A stretch of 64,000 bases of DNA from Trueperaceae bacterium (GTDB taxonomy: Bacteria > Deinococcota > Deinococci > Deinococcales > Trueperaceae), in the NCBI GenBank assembly GCA_965214405.1, contig OZ243956.1, positions 32,001-96,000 on the forward strand, given 5' to 3'. Each line of letters opens with the position of its first letter. Position 1 is the first letter of the stretch. A model generated the notes under the pieces. It was not told where the DNA came from, did no database searches, and was given only the letters and a program-made list of their open reading frames with translations. The position numbers and the translations under genes are program-made. Shown here one piece after another: positions 1-10,268 of this stretch.

Positions 1-314
1 GCGACGCGCGCGCCGCCGGTCTCAAAAACCGGACCTACCGCTACCTGGCGGCGGGCGTCATCAACGCGGTGAATTTTTACGACCCCGACCTCATCGTGGT
101 GGGCGGCGAACTTGCCCAAACCTGGACGGACGTGGCCGAGGAACTTCTCAAACGTGTGAGGGGGCGTTCGTTCGGGTTTGCCTCGAGCGCCGTCGCCCTG
201 TGCCCCTCACACCTGGGCGGCTACGCCAGCGTCATCGGGGCAGCGGGCCTCGTGACGCAGTTTGTTTTCGAGCAGCCCTACCTGATCGGCAAACAGACCG
301 GTACCGCCGTCTAA
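1..314 (+). CDS. ROK family transcriptional regulator, C-terminal part (5' truncated by window edge)
   Basis: Frame open from base 3: YLAAGVINAVNFYDPDLIVVGGELA...ASVIGAAGLV, a typical ROK C-terminus. Confidence 0.85.
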   Translation, partial: DARAAGLKNRTYRYLAAGVINAVNFYDPDLIVVGGELAQTWTDVAEELLKRVRGRSFGFASSAVALCPSHLGGYASVIGAAGLVTQFVFEQPYLIGKQTGTAV

Positions 315-423
315 ATGAAAACTTGACGGTCCGCAGCAGATGGTCGCCTTACGGACACCGCCCAATGGACGTCACCCGACAACTCGGCTTTCACCTGGTA
401 CGACATTATATCCTGTCTTTGTA

Positions 424-475
424 TTATTTTATTAACTTAAAAAATGTTGACAAGGGTTGCCATGTCTGCTACTGT
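424..475 (+). promoter_or_regulatory. Sigma70-type promoter with upstream AT-rich, possible ROK operator
   Basis: TTGACA 447-452, 17-nt spacer, TACTGT 470-475; AT-rich TTTT..AAAA tract just upstream. Confidence 0.55.
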
Positions 476-553
476 AAACGAATTAACGAAAACTGCCTTC
501 GGTTCTGTTGAGAGCAAGCTCTCGACAAATTAAGGATCAAGAAGGCGAGGAGA

Positions 554-1855
554 TTGGTTATGAGCTCGGCTATGCGTAAGATGCTCGCCTTTTGGTGTAT
601 TTTTGGAGGCTTTTTGGTTACCGTGGGTTACGCCCAGACGGTCACGCTAAACGCCATGATCGGCAGTTGGATCGACCCCAACAGCCCCGAGGTCCCGCAA
701 GAAGTCCGGGACTTGTATGCGCAATTTGCCGCCGAGCACCCGGACATCGAGATCAATTGGGATATCCAGGGTTACACCCAACTGCAGCAAAAACTCTTGA
801 CCTCGGCCGCAGCGGGCAACCTGCCCGACTTTGCCTATGTAGACTCCATCTGGGTTCAGCAACTCGCCGGTCTGGGCGCACTGCAGCCGCTTGAAGGCCT
901 GTGGCCCGCAGAAGACCGCGCCGACTACAAGGAGGCTTTTATCGAGGGGGCCATGTATGACGGCGCGCTCTACGCGATGTGGGACAGCACCGACACGCGC
1001 GTCCTTTGGTACAACACAGAAATTTTCAAAGAAGCCGGACTCGACCCCGAGCAGCCGCCGACAACCTGGGAAGAACTCTTGACGGCGGCGCGGGCCATTA
1101 CCCAAACGGGCCACGCCGGCTTGGGTCTTGCGCTCGGACCCCACGAATACCTGACGGCGGACGTGGTGCTGCCTATGTTTTGGGGCTTAGGCGGCGAACT
1201 GTTAGACGCCGACGGGCGTCCCGTGTTCCACGAGGGCGATAACTTGGCGGCGATGACGGAAGTGCTTACGTTTTTGGGTACGCTCAGAGACGACGGGGTA
1301 CTGCCCAGCGACGCGATGCAGTTGCAAGGCGGGGGGGCGCTCTATCCCGGTATGGCGACAGAAGGTTACGGCATGTCTATCGGCAACAACAACGTGCTCG
1401 AGGTGGCCTTGAAAGACCTCGCGCCCGACACTTACGCGCAGTGGCAAGTCGCCTTGCTGCCCGCGCCGACCGGGGGAGAGCCCTCCTCCATGAACGGCGG
1501 CTTTACCTGGGCCGTCATGACGGCTGACCCCGCAAAGCAGCAGGCGGCCTGGGAGTTCATCTCTTTTTGGAACAGCCCCGAAGTGCAGCTCACGCGTTAC
1601 AAACCGAACGCCAACGTCGCCGTGCGTAAGTCCACGGCGCAAGACCCGTTTTACCAGTCCCCTTACTGGCAGACGGTCAACGAGGCCGTGACCGTCGGGC
1701 GGACCCGCCCCGGCGTGGCCCTCTACCCGGTCATGTCACAAGCGATCCAAAACGCGGTGCAACAGTTTTTGGTAGGAAACAGCTCCGCCGAAGACGCGGT
1801 CACCGCGGCCGGTGAGGCCGCCGTCGCCGAGTACGAGCGCGAGCAGCAGCGCTAA
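554..1855 (+). CDS. Sugar ABC transporter substrate-binding protein
   Basis: Signal peptide; LPDFAYVD, LWYNTEIFKEAGLDPEQPPTTWEEL SBP_bac_1 motifs; true start may be ATG 560 or 572. Confidence 0.92.
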   Translation: MVMSSAMRKMLAFWCIFGGFLVTVGYAQTVTLNAMIGSWIDPNSPEVPQEVRDLYAQFAAEHPDIEINWDIQGYTQLQQKLLTSAAAGNLPDFAYVDSIWVQQLAGLGALQPLEGLWPAEDRADYKEAFIEGAMYDGALYAMWDSTDTRVLWYNTEIFKEAGLDPEQPPTTWEELLTAARAITQTGHAGLGLALGPHEYLTADVVLPMFWGLGGELLDADGRPVFHEGDNLAAMTEVLTFLGTLRDDGVLPSDAMQLQGGGALYPGMATEGYGMSIGNNNVLEVALKDLAPDTYAQWQVALLPAPTGGEPSSMNGGFTWAVMTADPAKQQAAWEFISFWNSPEVQLTRYKPNANVAVRKSTAQDPFYQSPYWQTVNEAVTVGRTRPGVALYPVMSQAIQNAVQQFLVGNSSAEDAVTAAGEAAVAEYEREQQR

Positions 1856-1858
1856 AAC

Positions 1859-2770
1859 GTGGCCCTCGTTCGGTCTCGGAGTCAAAAGGTGCGCCACCGG
1901 CGCACCTTGGCTCACGTGCCCTATTTACTCCCCGCCTTTCTTTTTATTGCCGCCCTGACTTTTATCCCGGCGGCCTACACCATTTATCTGAGCTTCACCA
2001 ACGCGTCTCTCATCTATCCGAGCCGTAGTTTTATCGGGTTTGGCAACTACCTGCGGCTCTTTAGCGACAGCGCAACGTTTATGGTTTTGAAGAACACGTT
2101 TGTGTTCGTCGGCTGGAGCGTCATCTTGCAAATAACGCTGGGGCTGGGCCTGGCTCTCCTTTTGAACCTGCCTTTTCGGGGCCGAAACCTTGTCCGGATG
2201 CTCGTCTTGACCACCTGGGTCATTCCGGAAATCGTCGTGGGGTTTACCTGGCAGGTGGTGCTCGCCGGTGGCCGGTACGGACTCGCCAACTCTTTTCTGG
2301 CGCCTTTGGGGATAGACCCCATCCTCTTTTTTAGCAACGGCTCGCTGGCGATGGCGACCCTTATCTTGGTCAACGTCTGGCGCGGTACCGCCTTCTCGAT
2401 GGTCCTCTTTCTGGCAGCCCTGCAGGGCATTCCCAGAGAACTTTACGAGGCGGCCCGCATCGACGGGGGCTCACCCGCTCAGCTCTTACGGTTTGTGACC
2501 CTGCCCCTGATTGCGGCCACGGTCCTGATTAACTTTGTGAACAACACCCTGCAAACGTTCAACGTCACCGCGCTCGTTTTTTCACTCACCGGGGGCGGCC
2601 CGGCGCGCTCCACCGAAATTCTCGCTTTTACGATGTACCGGACCGCCTTTGAAAACTTCGACCTCGGCTACGCTTCGGCCATCGCCATGTTGCTGTTTAC
2701 CATCAACGTCGCGCTGGTTATCGCTTACCTGTTCGTTTTTCGCCGCGTCGACACGCAGGCGGCGCTGTGA
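1859..2770 (+). CDS. Sugar ABC transporter permease (MalF-type)
   Basis: Hydrophobic helices; EAA loop LYEAARIDGG. Confidence 0.93.
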   Translation: MALVRSRSQKVRHRRTLAHVPYLLPAFLFIAALTFIPAAYTIYLSFTNASLIYPSRSFIGFGNYLRLFSDSATFMVLKNTFVFVGWSVILQITLGLGLALLLNLPFRGRNLVRMLVLTTWVIPEIVVGFTWQVVLAGGRYGLANSFLAPLGIDPILFFSNGSLAMATLILVNVWRGTAFSMVLFLAALQGIPRELYEAARIDGGSPAQLLRFVTLPLIAATVLINFVNNTLQTFNVTALVFSLTGGGPARSTEILAFTMYRTAFENFDLGYASAIAMLLFTINVALVIAYLFVFRRVDTQAAL

Positions 2771-2804
2771 ATTACTGTGACGGTGTTAGTATGACGGTAC
2801 GACG

Positions 2805-3641
2805 ATGACCGTACGGCGCACGCTGAACGCGCTCGGCGTCTACCTGCTTTACGCCCTCGTGGGGCTGCTCGCGGTGCTGCCGGTGCTCTGGGTCGTGTCT
2901 ATGTCTTTTAAGGAGCCGGGCGAACTCTTTACCGTCCCGCCACGTTGGCTTCCCCACCAACCGACGCTCGAGAACTTCCAGTTCGTGCTGTTCGGTACCC
3001 CCATCCCAAAGCTTTTTCTAAACAGCGTCGTCGTTTCCGGCTTGAGCACCTTGCTCACGCTCCTTTTGGCGACGGTGGCGGCCTACGCGTTTTCCCGTTT
3101 TGCTTTCAGGGCCAAGGCCACCCTGTTGCTGTTGCTGCTCGGCACCCAGCTTATTCCCGGCGTCAGCAACGTGGTCCCCCTTTACGTGATGATGCGCCGC
3201 GTCGGGCTGCTCGACACGCAGGCCGCGCTCATCTTTATCTACTCGGCGGCGCTCGTGCCGGTGTCCGTCTGGATTCTCAAGGCCGCCTTCGACCAGGTGC
3301 CCAGCGCGCTCGACGAAGCGGCCATGATCGACGGCTGCACGCGCCTGGGCGCTTTCCGGCGCGTGGTGCTTCCCCTTATCGGTCCGGGGCTCATCGCGGC
3401 AGGGACCATGATCGTGGTGAGCACCTGGAACGAGTTTTTCCTGGCTTTTATCCTGACGTCTTCACCGGCCAGTCGAACCATTGCGACGAGCGTTTACATG
3501 TTTCAGGGCCAGTACGGCGACAGCGGCTGGAACCTGGTGTCCGCCACCGCCGTGGTCACCATCGCCGTACCTCTCCTACTTTTCGCCCTTTTTCAAAACT
3601 ACATGGTGGGCGGTCTCAGCGCGGGGGCGACGAAGGGGTAA
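2805..3641 (+). CDS. Sugar ABC transporter permease (MalG-type)
   Basis: LDEAAMIDGC, WNEFF, C-terminal GLSAGATKG. Confidence 0.93.
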   Translation: MTVRRTLNALGVYLLYALVGLLAVLPVLWVVSMSFKEPGELFTVPPRWLPHQPTLENFQFVLFGTPIPKLFLNSVVVSGLSTLLTLLLATVAAYAFSRFAFRAKATLLLLLLGTQLIPGVSNVVPLYVMMRRVGLLDTQAALIFIYSAALVPVSVWILKAAFDQVPSALDEAAMIDGCTRLGAFRRVVLPLIGPGLIAAGTMIVVSTWNEFFLAFILTSSPASRTIATSVYMFQGQYGDSGWNLVSATAVVTIAVPLLLFALFQNYMVGGLSAGATKG

Positions 3642-3806
3642 AGGCGTAGGCTTGGCGTCAAGCGATTGGGTATTTAGAGGTTGCGCCAGCGGCATAGAAA
3701 TCTCCAGCCTTGTGACACGCCGTAGTCGCAGCACCCCTACCTTCTCGGTGACCTGTTACCTATCTTCCGGTCGTACGCTTTGCGCATTTGAAAGGGATGG
3801 ACAGGT

Positions 3807-4577
3807 TCAACTGCATAAGTGAGCCGAAATATACTCAAAACTCTCCCGCACCGAATCAAAAGGATCGCCCGCACAGATGTCTTGCTCCACCACAAACCAT
3901 TCGCAATCGGACGCTTCCGCCGCTTGGGTGATGGCTGCAAAGTTTAAGTTGCCCGCCCCGATGGGGGCGAAGGTCGGTCGGCTGTCCGCGTCTACGGCGT
4001 AGTCTTTAAGGTGGATAATCGGCAAACGACCGGCGAGCTTTGTGCAGTATGCGACCGGGTCTCCCCCACCGTACTGCACCCAATAAGTGTCAACTTCGCC
4101 TTGCAAATAACGCGGGTCGGTCTTCTCGTAAATGAGGTCGAGGATAACGCGCCCGTCCAGCTTGCGAAACTCGTGCTGATGGTTATGGTAGGCGAGCGTT
4201 TTTCCCGCCCGGTACAGCACCTCGCCTGCTCGGTCAAGTTGAGCGATGAGCGTGTTCACGCTTCGGCTCGAGCCGAAATCAACACCGTGAGGAAAGGGGT
4301 ACGCGGTGAGGGGGCAGTTGAGCTTGTCCAGGCGTTCCACGACCCGCTCCGGCTCCTCGAGGATGGTTTGCGCGGGCTCGTGCGTGGCGCAGAGGGTGAG
4401 GCCTTCCGAATCGAGAATGTTCAACAGTTCGTTCTCGTCGATCGGCCCGAGGCCGCTGGCCTGCACCGCCTCGTAGCCGGTGGCGCGCACTCTCTTCAAG
4501 GTGGCGGCGATGTCGGCGGGCGTTTTGAGAAAGTCTCTTAAGGTGTAGAGCTGCAAGGCAACTTGTTGGATGTTCAC
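3807..4577 (-). CDS. Sugar phosphate isomerase/epimerase (xylose isomerase-like TIM barrel)
   Basis: LQLYTLRD, YHNHQHEF, EVDTYW, IHLKD, VVEQD motifs. Confidence 0.9.
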   Translation of the reverse strand: MNIQQVALQLYTLRDFLKTPADIAATLKRVRATGYEAVQASGLGPIDENELLNILDSEGLTLCATHEPAQTILEEPERVVERLDKLNCPLTAYPFPHGVDFGSSRSVNTLIAQLDRAGEVLYRAGKTLAYHNHQHEFRKLDGRVILDLIYEKTDPRYLQGEVDTYWVQYGGGDPVAYCTKLAGRLPIIHLKDYAVDADSRPTFAPIGAGNLNFAAITQAAEASDCEWFVVEQDICAGDPFDSVRESFEYISAHLCS

Positions 4578-4620
4578 GCGTTTCCTTTCAGTCGGCTCGA
4601 GCGTTTTATCAAACGGGGTG

Positions 4621-5691
4621 TCAGGCCAAACGCTGCGCCGACGCTTGCGCCTCGAGCGAGAGTTCCGCCGCCTTAAAGGCGTGCGCCTGGGTCATGGCGT
4701 GTTCGGTGCGGTTCAAGCAGTCGAGGATGAGCCGTCCGAAAAAGGGGTAACCGACCTCTCCCGACAGAGATAGATGCTGTTCACCCTCGCCGTTGACGAG
4801 GTAAAGCTGGTCGCCCCGGCGTTCGCGTCCGATATCGGTATATTTGCGCAGTTCGATGGTGCCTTCGGTGCCCAAGATAACGGTGCGCCCGTCGCCCCAG
4901 GTGGAGAGCCCGTCCGGGGTAAACCAGTCCACCCGGACGTAGCCCGAGCAGCCGTTGTCCCCCACGAGACTCACCTCGCCGAAGTCCTCCAAGTCCGGAC
5001 GGTCCGGGTGGGCGTAGTTGGCGACCGCCGAAGCACGAATCTGGGCGTCTTGCGCGCCGCTGTAGAAAAGAAACCCCTCTAGCTGGTGCGAAGCAATGTC
5101 GCAGAGAATGCCGCCGTACTTGGCTTTCTCAAAAAACCACGGCGGGCGCGACGCCGCGTTTAGGCGGTGCGGCCCGAGCCCGAGCACCTGAATCACCCGG
5201 CCGATCGCGCCACTTCGCACGAGGTCCCCGGCAAAAACCGCGCACTCGACGTGGAGGCGCTCGCTGTAGTAGACCATATACTTTTGGTCCGTCTCGGCGA
5301 CTTTTTTTCGCGCGGCTGCAAGCTGCGCCAAGCTTGTAAAGGGCGCTTTGTCAGTAAAGTAGTCTTTGCCCGCGTCCATGACTTTCAAGCCCAGAGGCCC
5401 CCGCTCGCTGGGCACCGCGGCGGCGGCGACGAGCCCGACAGACGACGCCAGCACCTCCTCCAAACTCGTCGCCACGGTGACGCCGGGAAAAACCTTACAA
5501 AACGCCGCGACCTTGGCGGGGTCGGGGTCGTAGACGTAGCGGAGTTCTGCCCCCGCTTCAGTGAGCCCGTTACACATCCCGTAAATGTGGCTGTGCTCGA
5601 GCGCCACCGCGGCAAACGAAAAGTCGCCGGGCGCGACGACCGGGCGCGGCTTGCCCTGGGGCGCGTAGGTCATGCCGCTGGCTTGACTCAC
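4621..5691 (-). CDS. Gfo/Idh/MocA family oxidoreductase
   Basis: GKDYFTDKAP, GGILCDIASHQ, RVDWFTPDGL motifs. Confidence 0.9.
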   Translation of the reverse strand: MSQASGMTYAPQGKPRPVVAPGDFSFAAVALEHSHIYGMCNGLTEAGAELRYVYDPDPAKVAAFCKVFPGVTVATSLEEVLASSVGLVAAAAVPSERGPLGLKVMDAGKDYFTDKAPFTSLAQLAAARKKVAETDQKYMVYYSERLHVECAVFAGDLVRSGAIGRVIQVLGLGPHRLNAASRPPWFFEKAKYGGILCDIASHQLEGFLFYSGAQDAQIRASAVANYAHPDRPDLEDFGEVSLVGDNGCSGYVRVDWFTPDGLSTWGDGRTVILGTEGTIELRKYTDIGRERRGDQLYLVNGEGEQHLSLSGEVGYPFFGRLILDCLNRTEHAMTQAHAFKAAELSLEAQASAQRLA

Positions 5692-5701
5692 ACGAGAACC
5701 C

Positions 5702-6826
5702 TCACGGCGCCACCCAGCCCTGCGCCTTGAGGTCCCCCAGCAACGCCCCGTACCTGCGCGCGTCTAACGGCAGGTCGACGTCGCTGCGGGTGTGCGACGA
5801 GAGGATCATCGCGTTGGCGAGTTCTAAAGACAGCCGCCCCTGCGCGCCGTCGGCGACTAAGGGTGCGCCGGTCGATATCGCCTCGTGCAGGTTTTTATAA
5901 ATTGCCGCGTGGTTGCCCTCACCGGGCTCCAGGACCACGGCTTCCGCGCGGCTGGAGGGAGCGGCGAAACGCTCGGGGCTCGTAGCGGCAAAGTTCTCGA
6001 AATCCGTCTCGAGCAGGTTCAAGCTCAACGCTCCGTCTCTTATATGCAAGGTGCCGCGCGTGCCGACGAGTTCCAAGCGCTCCGGCCTACCGGCCTCGGC
6101 GGTGCTGATGTGTAAGGAGCCTAAAGTGCCGCTCGACCACTCGAGCATCGCCTGGGCGGTGTCTTCGACTTCCAAATCGTGGAGCAAGTTGCGCGTCCAG
6201 GCGGTGACCCGCGCGGGCCGCCCCAACAGGTAGCACAGCAGGTCGAGATTATGCGGGGCCTGGTTCATGAGCACGCCGCCCCCCTCGCCGCGCCAGGTCG
6301 CGCGCCAGCCCGCCGAGCGGTAGTAGGCCGCCGTGCGCGGCCAGGCGACCGCCATGTCCACATGTTGGAGCGTACCCAGCGCGCCCTCCTCAACGAGCTT
6401 GCGCGCCGCGCGCACCGCGGGCCGACAGCGGTGCTGGAAGTTGACCGCCAACAGACGTTCCGAGCGCCTGGCCGCCGCGATCATCGCGTCGGCCTCGGCC
6501 ACCTCGACCGCCATCGGCTTCTCCACCAGGACGTGACAGCCCGCCTCTAAACAGTGGATGGCGACGGCGGCGTGAAAGGGATGGGGCGTGAGCACGACCG
6601 CGACCTCGGGCCGCGTCTCGGCGAGCATCTCCTGATAATCGCCGTAAAACGGACAGTCCAACTCAACAGCGCGCTGTCGGCCCTTCGTTTCGTCTAAGTC
6701 GGAAACGCCCACAAGTTCGGTCGTGGCGAGACCAAAGGCGGGGCGGTGCATCTCGAGCACGCCCGCCCCGACGCCGATAACGGCGTGGCGTAGCGGCCTG
6801 GGTTGAGACTGGGTCATATCGCTCAT
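5702..6826 (-). CDS. Gfo/Idh/MocA family oxidoreductase
   Basis: VIGVGAG, TPHPFH, HVLVEKPMA, GGGVLMNQAPHNLD; start placed at ATG 6826. Confidence 0.92.
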   Translation of the reverse strand: MSDMTQSQPRPLRHAVIGVGAGVLEMHRPAFGLATTELVGVSDLDETKGRQRAVELDCPFYGDYQEMLAETRPEVAVVLTPHPFHAAVAIHCLEAGCHVLVEKPMAVEVAEADAMIAAARRSERLLAVNFQHRCRPAVRAARKLVEEGALGTLQHVDMAVAWPRTAAYYRSAGWRATWRGEGGGVLMNQAPHNLDLLCYLLGRPARVTAWTRNLLHDLEVEDTAQAMLEWSSGTLGSLHISTAEAGRPERLELVGTRGTLHIRDGALSLNLLETDFENFAATSPERFAAPSSRAEAVVLEPGEGNHAAIYKNLHEAISTGAPLVADGAQGRLSLELANAMILSSHTRSDVDLPLDARRYGALLGDLKAQGWVAP

Positions 6827-6972
6827 AGGTTCGTCCACTTCTTTCGGTTGGGGCTCGGATAGACGCGAAGCGTGCGGCGACGCTGTTTGAGCGTGGCTCC
6901 TTGATTTGTTAATGTTGAATCTAACATGCACCCTTTACAGAATCAACGCGGTTCAGCGTAAGGAGCGCCCTC

Positions 6973-7422
6973 ATGAAGTCATACCTTTACCCGACCCCCG
7001 CCGGGTCTACTTTGGCGCGGGCAACGCGGCGCGTGCGCTCCATCTGCGCCATCACGAACGCGGGCAAGGCACAGATTTATATTGGCTTATGGGCGGACCG
7101 CGTCGCGCGCATTCTTGCGCCCGAGACGGCCCCGGCAAAGCTCGATGTTTCCTTTGAGAGGTTGCAGGAGACGGCCTTTTCGGTTGTGGGGCTCGTTTTT
7201 GCGGTTGCCGGGCTCGCCGACTTGGGGCGAAGTGTGGCCCTTAGCCTTTCGAGCTTAGGCGGCGCGTGGGCGGAACCCGTGGGGGCGGCGCTCAGGGTCG
7301 CGCTCGGGCTCTGGCTGCTCTTGGGTGGGGGTAAATTGGCGACGTTTTTGAGAGGGCTCGAGGCGAGCCACATCGGGCGCGACGATGATGAGGAACCTGG
7401 TGAAGGCCGTTCGGCGAGGTAG
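6973..7422 (+). CDS. Hypothetical membrane protein, possibly an N-terminally degraded fragment
   Basis: Two hydrophobic helices in C-terminal half; N-terminus looks non-coding-like. Confidence 0.45.
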   Translation: MKSYLYPTPAGSTLARATRRVRSICAITNAGKAQIYIGLWADRVARILAPETAPAKLDVSFERLQETAFSVVGLVFAVAGLADLGRSVALSLSSLGGAWAEPVGAALRVALGLWLLLGGGKLATFLRGLEASHIGRDDDEEPGEGRSAR

Positions 7423-7718
7423 ACGAGATGAACCAAAAACGCGCCTGATAGTCTACCAAATCCCTCTTTTTCTGCTAAAATCGTGGGGTCGGTCAAGTCT
7501 TATCCGTCCTCTCGGTTTGTTGCTCGCAACGCGGTTTCGTTGAGGTCTAGGTTTCCTCGTGCAGGGCACCATTCACCCCTCGAGCGTCGCCAGCCGCTGG
7601 CAGTTTGGCTTGAGGGGGTCGTAAAAGCTTTCTTAGCGCGTTTTGAAGCGCTCACAGGAGGTGGTGGGGTGTCTCAGTTAGCTACCGGTTTGGGTCTTGG
7701 TTGTACGGGGGAAAACCC

Positions 7719-8939
7719 ATGCTAGCCGCTTTTCGCCAGTTCAAGACGTATCCGCTCCAGTCGGTGCTCATCATCTTGGCGGTCGCGCTCGGGGTGGCGG
7801 TGGTGACGGCGGTGGCGGCGCTGCTCGGCCAGACCTTTTCGCAACTCAACGACGCCGCGCTGTGGTCGCGGCAGCTCACCCTGCAAACCAAGGCGAACGA
7901 CCAGGGAGCCTTTTACAGGGGCGACGCCGTACCCGTGCGCGAAGTCGGGCTCTTGAACGAGGAGAAGGTGAGTTTGGCGCTGGCCGATTTGGCGCGCGCC
8001 AAGGAGGCCGCGCCGACGGTGGACTACGCTTACGTGACGAGCTGGTACGGTTTTACGGTCAATCCAGAGGGTGATGCGTTCGACTTAGACGTTAGGGCCG
8101 TGACGGCGGACTACCTGGCGGCGGCGGACGTTAAGGTCATCCAAGGGAGCTTGCCCAGCGAGAGCGACTTTGCTGAAAACCGCAGGGTTATGTTGCTCTC
8201 AGAAGAGACCGTTAAAAAGCTTGGGGTGGAGGGTAATCCCATAGGCCAAAGTATCAAAGTCTCCGACTTTAGCAGCGCCAGCGACTATACCCTTGTGGGC
8301 GTGCTCGAGGGCAACGAGCAGGGCAACGACGGGCCGAACACGTTTATTCCCTACAAACCCGCGCCCTGGGAAGCGGACGGGCTGCAAGAACTCAGCTTCG
8401 CGGTTCAGGACAGGGCCGATGTGGCGCAGGCTCGCGCCGAGTTGCAGACCTACGCCGAGAAGACCTGGGGCGGGCGCGTTACGGTTAGTTCGCTGAGTGA
8501 CGGAAACGCCGAGGGGCAGTACCGGCTGGTGGCGCTCGTGACCGCGGCGTTTGCCTCGACGGCCTTGGCGGCGGCGGCCTTGAACATCATGAACCTGATG
8601 CTGGCGCGGGTGCTCGAAAGGCGGCACAGCATCGGCATTTTACGCAGCTTAGGCGCGAGCAAGGCAAGCATCCTTTGGGGCTTCTTGAGCGAGAGTCTGG
8701 TCTTGGGCGTGATGGGCGGGCTGCTCGGCGTCGGGGCGGGCTACGGGCTTTTTGTGCTGTACAACCGTTACCAGGTTACCGTCTACGGCGACCAGTTCGC
8801 GGCTCTCCTGGGCGCGTTTCCGTGGTTCGCGCTGCTCATCGGCTTCGCCGTCGCCCTGGCGACGAGTCTCATTTTCGGTTTCTACCCCGCCTGGCAGGCG
8901 TCGCGGCTGCGCCCGGTTGAGGCGCTGCGGGAGGTGTGA
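7719..8939 (+). CDS. MacB/FtsX-family ABC transporter permease (A1)
   Basis: ILAVALGVAVV, NIMNLMLARVLERRHSIGILRSLGA, FGFYPAWQASRLRPVEALR. Confidence 0.9.
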   Translation: MLAAFRQFKTYPLQSVLIILAVALGVAVVTAVAALLGQTFSQLNDAALWSRQLTLQTKANDQGAFYRGDAVPVREVGLLNEEKVSLALADLARAKEAAPTVDYAYVTSWYGFTVNPEGDAFDLDVRAVTADYLAAADVKVIQGSLPSESDFAENRRVMLLSEETVKKLGVEGNPIGQSIKVSDFSSASDYTLVGVLEGNEQGNDGPNTFIPYKPAPWEADGLQELSFAVQDRADVAQARAELQTYAEKTWGGRVTVSSLSDGNAEGQYRLVALVTAAFASTALAAAALNIMNLMLARVLERRHSIGILRSLGASKASILWGFLSESLVLGVMGGLLGVGAGYGLFVLYNRYQVTVYGDQFAALLGAFPWFALLIGFAVALATSLIFGFYPAWQASRLRPVEALREV

Positions 8940-8940
8940 G

Positions 8941-10173
8941 ATGAGAAGCGTTTGGCGGCGCTTTCGCAGGAAACCCTTGAGGGCGGTTCTCACGCTCTTG
9001 CAGATTGTGCTCGGCTCGCTGGCGATGACGCTGGCTTTGTCGGTTTACTTGGACGCCTACGCGCGGCAGAACGCGGCCCAGGCGGAGCGTTTTGATTTGA
9101 TTGCGGGAAACGTGGACGAGGACGGCTCGAGCTACACCTATTCGTTTATGAGCGCGGCGGGGGCGGCTGAGCTTACAACGCTCGCGCCGGACGTCGAAAA
9201 GGTCGCGCTCTACGCGCAGGAATGGGCGCCTGTGGTCGAGTTGGGCGGCAGGCTCTACCAGTTTCAGTGGGGAGCGTTCGTTGACAACGCGTTTTTCGAC
9301 CTCAACGATGTTGCGCTGACTCGAGGCTCGCTCTTCACCCAAAGCGAGGCCGACGCCAAAGAAGCCGTGCTGCTCCTTTCCGACGAGGCCGCCGCCATCC
9401 TTTTTCCCGACCTAGACCCGCTAGGTCAGACGCTAACCCTCATGCCCGACGAGAATTTGGGGGACCCCGACGCGTCTCCCCAGCCCTTCAGGGTCATCGG
9501 CACCTTTGCGGTCAAAAGGGACGCCTCCGGTGAGAAGGACCACATTTATCTCCCCACCTGGACCCAAAGCAACGTGGTAGGCGGGAGCAGCACGCTCAAC
9601 GTGCTCGCCAAGGCGGGCCGGGGCGACGCGGCGCGGGCGCAGGTTGTAAGCGCCGCGCGTCGGGTTTTCGCGCAGCGTTTAGAAGACTGGGACGTTGAGG
9701 AGGGCAAAGACTTCTACATCCGCGAAATGGGCGAGTCGCCCTTCGGCCCCCGTCCCGACCTGCTCGACCCCACGGTGGTCATGTTCGGACTTTTCGGCAT
9801 CGTCGCGCTGATTGTGGGCTCGATTGGGATTTTCTCCATCATGGTGGTGGACGCCCTCGAGCGCGAGCGCGACATCGGCGTCAAGCGCGCGTTGGGCGCC
9901 ACAAGGGGAAGCGTGGTGCGCGAACTCACCTTAGAGGCCACCCTCTTGTCTGGTCTGGGCGGGCTGCTGGGCGTTTTCTCCGCCGCGCTCCTCTTCCCGC
10001 TCTTAGCGCGCGGGGTGGGCGAGAACGTCTTTTGGGGCATTGACTTGCGCTGGCAGCCGCTGGCGGCGGGGCTGGTGGTCGGGGTGACGCTCCTTTTGGG
10101 AACGGCATTGGGTATTTTTCCGGCGTGGCGGGCGGGTAGGACGAACCCGGCGCAGGTGTTGAAGGGAACATGA
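8941..10173 (+). CDS. MacB/FtsX-family ABC transporter permease (B1)
   Basis: ATG at 8941; GIFSIMVVDALERERDIGVKRALGA, GIFPAWRA. Confidence 0.9.
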   Translation: MRSVWRRFRRKPLRAVLTLLQIVLGSLAMTLALSVYLDAYARQNAAQAERFDLIAGNVDEDGSSYTYSFMSAAGAAELTTLAPDVEKVALYAQEWAPVVELGGRLYQFQWGAFVDNAFFDLNDVALTRGSLFTQSEADAKEAVLLLSDEAAAILFPDLDPLGQTLTLMPDENLGDPDASPQPFRVIGTFAVKRDASGEKDHIYLPTWTQSNVVGGSSTLNVLAKAGRGDAARAQVVSAARRVFAQRLEDWDVEEGKDFYIREMGESPFGPRPDLLDPTVVMFGLFGIVALIVGSIGIFSIMVVDALERERDIGVKRALGATRGSVVRELTLEATLLSGLGGLLGVFSAALLFPLLARGVGENVFWGIDLRWQPLAAGLVVGVTLLLGTALGIFPAWRAGRTNPAQVLKGT

Positions 10174-10268
10174 ACCGGGTGACTGGTGTTTTGTGGGCGG
10201 GCTTGAGCTTTGTTCCCGCTTTGGGGGCAAGCCGGGCGCGCATTTCTCAAAGTTTGGGAGGTTCGTAG

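Noticed and set aside
8752..8940. N-terminal extension of the second permease in the ORF track
   Set aside because: Overlaps the upstream gene; real start is ATG 8941 after SD GGAGG
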